DNA of 64,000 nucleotides, from sequence record KJ019103.1; one strand, 5' to 3'. Below, in pieces: positions 9,001 through 16,500 of the stretch. The stretch's first letter is position 1; every line of letters starts with the position of its first letter. Both the position numbers and the translations under genes were made by a program. The notes under the pieces were generated by a model. That model was not told the DNA's origin, searched no databases, and was given only the letters and a program-made list of their open reading frames with translations.

Positions 9001-11938
9001 TGGTGTTCTAACCATTAACGATATCTACCAAACTCCAACTACCGATAACAACGCAGGTAACAACTATTTCTATAGTTATGGAGCACAAACTGGTATCAAT
9101 ACTCTAACCTTTACTGGTATTACTTCCACTAATGGTCAGAGAGTTGAGTCTAGATTTGATATCAATCAGAACCAGATTCCTCGCGGTGGTGTTATCGTAT
9201 CACTAGGTTCTACACCTGGTTTGGGATACGCCCCACTCTATGGAGCAAAGATAACTCCAGTAGTTACTGGTGGTGTTATTACTGATATTGTAACAACCAA
9301 TAGAGTTGGTTTTACAACTGATGTTCTTTGGGCAGACTATGATAACGAAACTGGTGACTTGGTTGTTTCTGGTATTGGATCGGCACTAACCACACAGTTC
9401 AACATCACAGATGCCGACTATCGTAACACCTCCGGCGTCCTAATTATCACGAGCGCAACTTCTCTAATATCTGCTGGTATCAACCCAGGTGATATTATGT
9501 ATCTGAGAGGTATGGACTTCTCCTGTACTTCAGGTGGAGCACCTGCCACACTTACATACCCAGACCAAGACCCAGTATACGCTGTGGATAGGATTGTAGA
9601 TGAGTTTAGGTTCTCAGTGAACGCTGGAATATCTACTATTCCACATACTTATGTTTCTGGTGGTACCTGGCAAAAGTATTCACCATTCCAGTTTGGAAGG
9701 GAACAGATTAACCCCAAACAGGTTTATCTAAATGGTTTGGAGTTTGATTGTACCAATAGTCCATTCATCACTACCAATATCTTCCCTGATAGTTTCGAGT
9801 CAGCATCTTTTGTTACTCGTGATGATGATGCACACTTCAGACTAAACGTTGGTATCGCAAGTTTCACACACGACTATGTTGGTAGTGGAATCTTTGGTCA
9901 GTATATTGAAAACAACCCAGGTTCTGGTTATATCGATAGAGTTTCTATCGCAGTTACTGATCCCAACCACTCTGGAACACCTGCAGAGATTGTGGGTATC
10001 CCAACTGCTGGTGGTGAGTTATCATTCACAATTATTGGTGGTGGTTCTGGATATAACCAACCAACCACAGATACCTTTGCTCCTGATCCAGCATACTTTA
10101 ACCTTCCAGTTATTGGTGTATCTAGGAGAAATGTTGGATTCACAACTATCACTGGTAAGAATCTCTTTGTAACTGTTGAGGTATCTGCAGCAACCACCAC
10201 GGCAATCGGTCGTAGTGAGTTCTTTGAAGTTAGTGGTTACCAAATCACTAACCAGGGTTATGGTTTTGAAGAAGGTGATGTTATTGAGGTTGTTGGTATT
10301 CCTACTGATAAGAATCTATCCCAACCAATTGAACCCTTCCAACTCACAGTTCTAGACACCTTCACCGATAACTTCTCCGCCTGGAACTTCGGTGAAACTG
10401 ATTATATTGATAGTATCAAGACTCTACAGGATGGTTCAAGACTTAACTTCCCACTTTCATACAAAGGTGAGGAACTATCCTTCGAATCAAATCCCTCCAA
10501 TGAAGACTCTGCGGCAATTGATTTAGACGCTATCCTCCTCATCTATGTGAATACAGTACTACAAGTACCTGGTGTAAGTTATGAGTTTACTGGTGGTAAC
10601 ACCTTTACATTCTCACAACCACCATTCCCACAGGATGATGTTGATATTTACTTCTATAGAGGTAAGAGGAATATTGATAGTACAGTTATTACTGAAATTG
10701 ATGAATCTATTAGACCTGGTGATCAGTTACAACTTGTTAAAAACAATAAGTACAATGACAATGTATTCATTGACCTAACCAGAACACAGGACCTTAGAAC
10801 AGTCACAGAGATTGCTTCTTCTGACACAGTTAGAACTAATATCTACTTTGGTAACAAAGACTTAGATACTCTAAGAGAAAGGCAAGTCGGTTGGGAAAAA
10901 CAGAAGAGAGATATCTTCATCTATGGTGAACCAGCACCTAAGACTAGAGATAGTCTAGAACCTGTTATTGTACCAACAGCGGCAATCATCAGAGATACCT
11001 CCAAATCACAAACAGAACTCTTTGTTAGTAACTCTGAGATATTTGTTTATGAAGAAGATGTTCCTGGTTCTAGTATCGTTCTAACCAATATCAGTGGTGA
11101 GATCTATAGACCAGTTGAGTATAAGTACAATCCACCAGTACTATTCGAACCCGCGTCAATACGCGCGAATGTAGATGGTAATGGTAAAGTAACTTCACTC
11201 ACAATCCTAGACGCAGGACAAGGTTACCCAACAGGTACTGAAATCACTATTGGTATTTCTTCCACGGGTGATAGGGCAGAGGTTGGTACTACTATCCTCA
11301 ATCCAATTGATGGTTCTATTATCTCTGTTATCCTATCTAAGAGTGGATCTGGTTACAATCAAAGTAACCCACCATTCGTTCTTATTTCAGAACCACAGGT
11401 AGATATTGAACCTTTGGAACTTATTCCAAATATCCAAGGTTTCAGTGGTATTGTTACTGGTATTCAGGCAACTACAGGTTCCTCTGGGGCAACCAAGGGT
11501 ATCCGGGTATTCTACACAGTAGATTCCACAGTTGTTGCTTCTGAACTAAATGCAGGTTACTCAGTTGTTCTATCTAATACTGTTGTTGGTAATGGTGTTG
11601 AAACTATCGGAACTAACGCAGCAACCGTGGTTGGTTTGGGAACACAGTTCCTAGATGCTGTTTATGAGATTAGGTCTAATGGTAACCTAGGAATAAATGG
11701 TGTATGGGAAGCAAATGTATCCAATGGAACTAACATATCTGGTATTGATATTTCTGGAGATAACCTCGGAAGTTTCAGCTGGGGTAGGTTATCCAATGTT
11801 CCAAGAGATATTGATTTGGCACTCTCATACAATGTAGATGGAACTACATACTCACCCAATATGGATAACTACCCAACTCTCAAGAGAAGTAGTGAAGGTC
11901 TCCGTAACGAAGGTGGTATCGCTAAGAGGGTTCTGTAG
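2..11938 (+). CDS. gp7: Giant baseplate wedge protein (gp7-like), 5'-truncated by the window edge
   Basis: Frame 2 is open from the window start (track start at GTG 50 is not the true start). More than 3960 aa, with repeated G-x-G-Y beta modules, a YHYH-like block (HSPIIGWANDGNPIYG...TPEYPNGVYAYF) and a position directly before gp8. Confidence 0.7.
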   Translation, partial: VAIPVSGNPITLKGKTVYQSDAEDVFGAISEIETFTRDNKLYYRIYFFVSNDEIANERKLFTIPGRSRTQRGWNQGDTTITVDTTLGFRDNNEFITEDGTKFTYLERTVNQFLGVECSDTEKTLGTNEDIIDDITIFGINDDGETVSLRMTGVISDIEFPDEVPFTTPGEKISVDTLGENIISADVTRSEPTQRQIIANSFIYNTSVRMEVDELNGSDFQINTAYLDKAFISPGDSVDILQRGSQLVYVANRKVTSVDYLNSIITINDSFGIPLDQSLDIRRNQNYAKSSTTDIEYGQNSVLSNVLNLYDATEFDGNFYVATNSLPSYDMEVKVVESILTGITTSNFEGYNSFTDQYSTIIFDSATSFITGDLISYRVISVERTGIPLITEGEYFVEVLSNPRKIKLYVSPSFIGSDNFVGFVYNDAVGAHAFTLEEQKDRRINTKNVFKKIPFTATKQNITIPRTPDVTPSGSPVAVLTNGVEVLSYKSPDKVFLGPLEEVVPVASGEGYSVIGPPNILITPPNIQVTDPTGIPTDGGVARVSPVISGRLKKIYIDPQDFDIEEVFSITVVGGNSRGATAKPQISKRTRSIPFDTRLDIYGGGINPNEETILFLTEHKLAKGDAIIYENNDTQSIGVNVAGGSNIYNGQTLSNGAVYFAEPLNNVTIKIYETLEDLNLGINTVGFTSSQTGFGVQDFTTIPRNQLTGASITDDGGEFVYRKMEFQPENIYPEYDELRYDGHGFASGDLVEYGTFGSVVGGLSTEKQYYVDALDENIIKLSDAGIGGTSRFDYDRKDYVDFTNIGVGTQFIKYPDVTVNVVVSYASSITGIITATPIIRGGIIQTYVETGGYYGSDILNFAKTPEVTVQTGEGARIKPVIVNGKVTTVQILSKGINYPPTPDLRVIDKSRKGAGALLRPVVIDGAIQSVVVISTGENYDPLNTDITVIDTARRCILVPRITPLTVNTFARFGFEGLSNNDYSVVAYDRKIREDVYGDLGASHSPIIGWANDGNPIYGGFGFDDPENSSSGFRAMRTSYELFPGEIYGRPPLTLYPAGSFVEDYKFTDNGDLDIYNGRYGRTPEYPNGVYAYFAGISTDTQSLAREPQFPYFIGPEFRDGLGIQDNTVSQDFDINNKDIFRNTFPYAVGNPIIGSEFLDQSYLEDTQDSIIQSINNGTVDNLTIVGAGVSYSVGDIVNFDDTFDYISVVVDQVDGPEVTQIQTLIKSYGKAETKVIKVDNTTVRVYVDPFHEYLDGDKVVISGLSTNTDQLNGTHEINFMREQMTMFAPIPPTLFETVSDIFVNTISDKVSVGSSITVGLGTLSEDMEVINIFPINKALRVKRPVGYGFTHPIGDAVNIAPNYFDIKKNVDSFPSEIDVEYYFNPHQTVAVGLETGVSVGLVYSIGTIDKNISVQTQRIYAPSHGFRTGEEITFEKNDTDTALVVTDGSTVYTLPGVGNTSNAYVVSLSKNYIGIRTVTDGPDLFFSTDGSDSPLYSIKTNRFAETALVDRIQAEVKTKTDHRLGNDDQIFTDVISSGKSGVGTNPNIKLEFDDSSQSLIVDPYFTQPSDIDTVNNLININNHGYTNGDIVLYQNYGSSIGGLTTHHKYYTIPFDRDKFYVAETFVDVRPGTKLPVNLTSVGIGSHKFSKVNPPLLITNNNDIEFDVSSPTLFGKTLEFFFDRTLTEIFDNNSIDNVFVVSGVSTEGYEDARKSIRYSDNNPDVFFYGITEGGYISTADTEVSRNNSIRYEASEYAIEGRVTVIDDSTFTYTLNTIPEKPLYTNPDTQLSYKTSSSTALGGVGRLNIIFSGNNFPALPEFEGIQTEYGQNATIRAESDDIGTLASFRIQNAGWDYSADNTLRPFGVIQPTIRFDNSDFVTEVTVLDGGNGYQNPPNAVLVDSVTREVVDNGSIILEVQSSTITDVIVEVAPSGLSKDLQELWTVNNSNGIPILLIGNIDNVAGVVTYTVQTPIEGYATPPFSVGDRVFVENILVDQDAPPSKLNSGDYGYQFLEVVAVTPTNPITIGIQYPEEAIGNLGYGVTFQQAFSGIVNEDIYPKFAVQQTTAVFLEGERLSIFDSFGNLDETDLVVEESNTSFFKVTGNYDLLVGDVLKGNNSGVILTVTEIDSSSCRYLVDSISRINTGWNDKTGFLNEETQNLPDNDYYQNLSYSIKSTINFEELINPVNRLVHPSGLKNFSDTKIESIGDIGVGSSESSESTVTIDFIGLTDIAETPLRVDRINVFDLGWDANVNNNRSNAIRLQSRTPNKRLTDYIEVRTNRVLMHDDISNEFIDSDNASSKSPYSEFNIITGEYTRGLVQARNPFTDQVQFTEIIVLSVDNSAFTLQKASISDNDLGYGIFEGRSLASSEYQMRFTPFNTDDFDIDLKLLSHKFIFSGESAEEIGYVNLAGNTLSTPDAASTQIYGASNSNNRAVVVHANITTIDGLLYYYEIYAFTDGTDVYYAPYGYSSDVLKGFNSELDGDFNATLQGGKLAIYFTNNTGGPVSITTKSIEFKQSFSGTSPYRFKKNNVPDTEERSIILDSVSTAGVSTQTTEVFRYDTTLFQSVRSIVHISGTDVGAIHQVMTINSDGSTYCEVYPFITEGDEVDSTSGIGTFGSSIDGTDMVLTFYPDAAIGSQALTLTSYNETFYRELDEVNYTFGRPLVYSESEENYYLERYIAPLGLRNNLLRFPLTYEGIPIYEKAFDPATTISINNGNLTLFNITEHFFSPAEELYYLPDTTLANNLKSPIEIQPVVDYRGITTSTMPDRVYAIKRDLNVFQLAPTASDALAGQAIVITGFGTGISHRLGMMKKLEKTIITIDGVIQSPITSALKTFNLDAPLGFDDEYAVLTGIGTIRVGDLFLIDEEYLKIDNVGLSTSQTGPISNTGTIPLIEISRGVVGSSATSHTSGSDLDLYRGSFNIVESDVVFTEAPAGRGEININESNLVQVNSSFQGRTFLQREYDQIALFDDISDLFNGSDYEFNITSAGSTIGEIENGSGVLTINDIYQTPTTDNNAGNNYFYSYGAQTGINTLTFTGITSTNGQRVESRFDINQNQIPRGGVIVSLGSTPGLGYAPLYGAKITPVVTGGVITDIVTTNRVGFTTDVLWADYDNETGDLVVSGIGSALTTQFNITDADYRNTSGVLIITSATSLISAGINPGDIMYLRGMDFSCTSGGAPATLTYPDQDPVYAVDRIVDEFRFSVNAGISTIPHTYVSGGTWQKYSPFQFGREQINPKQVYLNGLEFDCTNSPFITTNIFPDSFESASFVTRDDDAHFRLNVGIASFTHDYVGSGIFGQYIENNPGSGYIDRVSIAVTDPNHSGTPAEIVGIPTAGGELSFTIIGGGSGYNQPTTDTFAPDPAYFNLPVIGVSRRNVGFTTITGKNLFVTVEVSAATTTAIGRSEFFEVSGYQITNQGYGFEEGDVIEVVGIPTDKNLSQPIEPFQLTVLDTFTDNFSAWNFGETDYIDSIKTLQDGSRLNFPLSYKGEELSFESNPSNEDSAAIDLDAILLIYVNTVLQVPGVSYEFTGGNTFTFSQPPFPQDDVDIYFYRGKRNIDSTVITEIDESIRPGDQLQLVKNNKYNDNVFIDLTRTQDLRTVTEIASSDTVRTNIYFGNKDLDTLRERQVGWEKQKRDIFIYGEPAPKTRDSLEPVIVPTAAIIRDTSKSQTELFVSNSEIFVYEEDVPGSSIVLTNISGEIYRPVEYKYNPPVLFEPASIRANVDGNGKVTSLTILDAGQGYPTGTEITIGISSTGDRAEVGTTILNPIDGSIISVILSKSGSGYNQSNPPFVLISEPQVDIEPLELIPNIQGFSGIVTGIQATTGSSGATKGIRVFYTVDSTVVASELNAGYSVVLSNTVVGNGVETIGTNAATVVGLGTQFLDAVYEIRSNGNLGINGVWEANVSNGTNISGIDISGDNLGSFSWGRLSNVPRDIDLALSYNVDGTTYSPNMDNYPTLKRSSEGLRNEGGIAKRVL

Positions 11939-11943
11939 GGTGT

Positions 11944-11951
11944 TATAAATA
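11944..11951 (+). promoter_or_regulatory. T4-type late promoter TATAAATA upstream of g8
   Basis: Exact TATAAATA in the 49-bp intergenic gap. Confidence 0.8.
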
Positions 11952-11987
11952 GGGTTTAGGTACTGTATCCTAAATCCTGTATATACA

Positions 11988-13532
11988 ATGGCTGCTTTAA
12001 TCACAGATGATTTTAGGCTGTTTAACGCCGACAACTTCATCGAATCTGTAACTGATCCGAATAACTCATATTATATCTTTGTAGGTCTTCCCAACCCGGT
12101 TGGTGGAGGCTATGGTAGATCCCTTAATTGGAATAATGATCCACCACAACCCATCGATAACTTCGCATACCTCCGTCATTGTTATGACACTATGATGTAT
12201 GGACGAAGAATCACGCCTGGAAATGTCAAGAGGGTGATTCGTCGTATCAACTGGGTCAAGGGGACCAGATACGATCAGTATCGAGATGACTATAGTGTGA
12301 ATAACGTTTCACCTAATACTGGTTCCACCAGACTATACGATGCCAACTATTACATTATTAATAGTGAGTTTAAAGTATATACTTGTTTGAGTAATGGTTC
12401 TAACGGCAATAACCCTAAGGGTGCTGGATCTGAGGATGAACCTAACTTTGTAGACACTGAACCGTCCGCAGCAGGTTCCAGTGGTGATGGATACATATGG
12501 AAGTATTTGTTTACAGTATCTCCTTCCGACGTTATCAAGTTCGATAGTACCGACTACATCACTGTACCCAATGACTGGGGTACAACTGATAACTCACAGA
12601 TTGTTGCCATTAGAGAAAGTGGAGACTCCCTCATCAATGATAGTCAACTAAAACAAGTTTATGTTGATATCCAAGGTGTTGGATATGCTGGAGGTATAGG
12701 TCAGGAGTTACCTATTATTGGTGATGGTGAAGGTGCTAGAGCCATTGTTGATGTCAACTCTGGACGTGTTACTAACGCTATTATTGCCAAGGGTGGTAAG
12801 AACTATAGTTGGGGTTTGGTTGATCTTGGTACTATCAATCAGAGTGCTACAACAGCAGCCAAACTAGATGTTATCATCCCACCCTCAAGAGGACATGGTT
12901 ATGATATCTACCAAGAACTAGGTACCGACAGGGTTCTAGTATATGCTAGATTTGATGACTCTACTCAAGACTTCCCTATTGATACTAAGTTTGCTCAGAT
13001 TGGTTTAGTTAGAAACCCAACAGTTAATGGATCTAACCAGATCTTCACTGAGAACACATTCACTTCCTGTGAATCACTCAAGATGTTATCTTTCAGTGGT
13101 GGTGTAGAAGTTGGTGATATTATCAATCAAGATACTACAGAAGGTACCGCTAGAGGATATGTTGTTTCCTTTGATGAGGAAACAAAGGTTATGAAGTATA
13201 TCCAGGATAGGTCACTATACTATAACCCCAATACATATGATAATACTGACTATGTTGGTATTACTACTAGTGGAAAGAAGATATCCTTTGAGTCTAATCT
13301 AAACCCAGTTATTACTAACGACGGTTTCCTATCTACTATTGATACAACCTTTAATGGATCTACCGAAACAGTGGGTGCCAAATCAGTAGAACTCGGTGTA
13401 GAATTCACAAATGGGGTTGCAGTATCGGAGATAAATACTCAGAGTGGTGAGATACTTTACTTGGATAACAGACCAGTAGTACCCAGGAATCCACGACAAA
13501 AAGAAGACGTTAAGATCATCTTGGAATTCTAA
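11988..13532 (+). CDS. gp8: Baseplate wedge subunit gp8
   Basis: 514 aa; MAALITDDFR N-terminus, YIFVGLPNP, VYTCLSN, GDGYIWKYLF and C-terminal GEILYLDNR..QKEDVKIILEF are typical gp8 blocks. Confidence 0.9.
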   Translation: MAALITDDFRLFNADNFIESVTDPNNSYYIFVGLPNPVGGGYGRSLNWNNDPPQPIDNFAYLRHCYDTMMYGRRITPGNVKRVIRRINWVKGTRYDQYRDDYSVNNVSPNTGSTRLYDANYYIINSEFKVYTCLSNGSNGNNPKGAGSEDEPNFVDTEPSAAGSSGDGYIWKYLFTVSPSDVIKFDSTDYITVPNDWGTTDNSQIVAIRESGDSLINDSQLKQVYVDIQGVGYAGGIGQELPIIGDGEGARAIVDVNSGRVTNAIIAKGGKNYSWGLVDLGTINQSATTAAKLDVIIPPSRGHGYDIYQELGTDRVLVYARFDDSTQDFPIDTKFAQIGLVRNPTVNGSNQIFTENTFTSCESLKMLSFSGGVEVGDIINQDTTEGTARGYVVSFDEETKVMKYIQDRSLYYNPNTYDNTDYVGITTSGKKISFESNLNPVITNDGFLSTIDTTFNGSTETVGAKSVELGVEFTNGVAVSEINTQSGEILYLDNRPVVPRNPRQKEDVKIILEF

Positions 13533-13535
13533 TCA

Positions 13536-16500
13536 ATGTCTCAGATTAACCTAGATACCAGCCCATACTTTGACGACTTCGATCCGTCAAAGGACTACTA
13601 TAAAGTACTCTTCAAGCCAGGATTCCCGGTTCAAGCAAGAGAACTTACCACTCTGCAATCAATTTTACAGAACCAGGTAAGTAACTTTGGAAAGCACCTC
13701 TTCAAAGAGGGATCCATGGTTATCCCTGGTAGTATAACTTATAATGCAAAGTATGAGTCTATTGTCATAAACAAACAACAGGGGGGTATCGACGTTTCTC
13801 TATATGCTTCTCGACTAGTTGGTAAAACTATTCAGGGTAAAACTAGCGGAGTTACCGCTAAGGTTATTAACTTCCTACTACCACCAAATAACGGAGTAAC
13901 AAGCCCAACAATCTTTGTTTCATATATCAATAGTGGTTCGGATGCGGCAACAACTGTTTTCGACAATAACGAGGAGTTAATTTCCACTTCCGACATTGTA
14001 TATGGTAATACTACAATTACTGCCGGGACTACATTTGCTAGTACTATTTCAACTCTATCCACAGCGGTAGGTTCTGCTGCCCAGATCAGAGATGGTATCT
14101 ACTTCATTCGGGGTTTCTTTGCTCAGGTTCGTGAAAGTGTAGTAATCTTAGAACCTTTTAGTAATACTCCTTCATATAGAGTTGGTCTACAGATCACTGA
14201 ACAGGTTATTACTGCTGGTCAGGACAACTCACTATATGATAACGCCAAGGGGTTCAATAACTTCTCAGCACCAGGTGCGGATAGACTAAAAATATCCACC
14301 AAACTTATTAAGAAACCACTAGACGATTATAATGATACTAACTTTGTAGAGTTATTACGTGTTGATAACGGTGAAGTTAAGAAAATTGCGGAGAATAGTG
14401 ACTATAATATCATTAAGGACTACCTAGCACAAAGAACCTATGAGGAGTCTGGTGACTATACCCTGTTTGGTATGGGTATTAAAGTTGCAGAGTCATTAAG
14501 TGATAACTTAGGTAACGGTGGTGTATATCAGTTTGATCAGAAAACAGAGCAAGGGGGAACACCCACTGACGATCTAGCGGTAGTTAAAGTATCTGCTGGT
14601 AAGGCATATGTTCGAGGTTATGACATCAATAATCCTGGAACTGTTAACCTAGACATCAACAAACCCAGAACAACAGAGAACGTCGAAGCAAGTTCCGTTC
14701 CCTTTGAGATGGGAAGTAAGTTCTTCATCAATAACGTTACAGGAACTCCTGTTATTGGTCTAGACGTTAATGATAATATCGTCGAACTATACAATGGTCG
14801 TGTAGATGGTGCAGGGTCCTCCACAGGAGACCTTATTGGTGAGTCTCGTGTATATTCCTATTCCCTAGAAGACGCACCCTATACAGGTCCTTCTACACCT
14901 TGGAACCTATATCTATATGATACTCAGATCTTTACCAAACTAACTCTAAATGTAGATGCAACTGGTAATATCCTAACTTCATATAAGGTGAGGGGTCTCA
15001 GTAGTAACGCTACTGGTTATGTTCGTTCTGTTAGTACCACAGAAGTAGTTCTAACTCAGGTATCTGGTGAATTTATCAGAAACGAAGCTATTTCTGTTAA
15101 TGGAAAGATATCCAGTTCACTTAGTGTATCTTTAGTTGATAGTTACAGGAATAACGATGTTAGATCCATTAGCCAGGCAAGTTCCTCACTAGATCCAAAC
15201 ATTGAAGTTGACTTTAGTGCAGATACTCTCCAATACTCTGCTATTCCAACTGGTTTCACAGCTTCAGATTCAGTTACAATCACTACTGGTGGTGTTGTTA
15301 CTTGTCCTGGTAGAATATTTGATGCTTTCCGAGTTGGTGATGTTATTGGATATCAGAAAGCTGGATCAGAAGTAATTACATACAATCAAGTATTATCACT
15401 CAACGCCACTAACACCAGTATTACTGTTGATGCAGTTGCAAATGTTGCTGGTGTTTGTGATGGAACTTTACCTTCATCCGAAACTAGATCTGGTATTAGG
15501 TTATACAACTCTAGACTCCTTAACCAAGAGATTTCTCAGTTATATGCAACTTTAGAAGAGAGGAATATTTCCAGTGTTGATTTGGCATCATCGTCATTAA
15601 CCTTCGCCAAACAGATCAACAACTTATCTACAGATGCTAGTGGTGTTCTAACTGTAAATGTATCCGACCTAGATGTTTCTGGTGCGGTATTTGAAGCCTT
15701 TGATCAAGAGAGATATAGTATTCATTATTCCAATGGAACTACACAATCTCTTAGTTCTAGTCAGGTAACTATTACATCCTCAACAGCAGAATTTACAAAC
15801 TTACTCCCAAGTCAGACAACCAACGTAACACTCAATTGTACTGCTATCAAGACTGGTATTAAGTCTAAGACTAAAGTTCTACTTAGGTCTCAACTATTAG
15901 AAGTTACCAAGGCAAGCAGTGGTATTTCTACTGTGGCTCAGGGTTTGGGACAAAATGACTACTATGGTTTAAGGGTTGATGATGAAGAGATCTCACTAAA
16001 TGTATCAGATGTAACTAATATTGTTGCTGTATATGAGTCATTGGATGATGGTACCCCAACGTTTGATGTTCTAGGTTTTGTCAATGGTTTAGAACTAGAC
16101 ACTAGAGTTGCAGTTGGAGAACAGATCAAGGGTGATGTATCTGGTGCTATTGCTCGGGTTGTTACAGTTGCAACACCTGCTTCAGTCAATATTGTATATC
16201 TAACTGAATCAACTTTTGAAGTTGGTGAATTAGTTACGTTTATGGAATCCAAGATTGAAACTAATCTTCAATCTATTACAGAAGGTAACTACAGTAACAT
16301 TACAAACAGATTTACACTTGATAAAGGACAACGTGAACAGTTCTATGACTATTCTCGTCTAGTCAGGAATAAGAATGCTAAAGCACCTAACAAGAGAATA
16401 CTAATCATCTATGATAGATTCGCTGTTCCAGTGAATGACAAAGGTGATTTCTACACTGCCAATAGTTACTCCGAAGAAGACTTCAGTAAAGGTGTTCCTA

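Noticed and set aside
11149-11168. CG-rich hairpin CGCGT-CAAT-ACGCG inside gp7
   Set aside because: Only 5 bp, within coding sequence, no T tract and no nearby start; likely chance.
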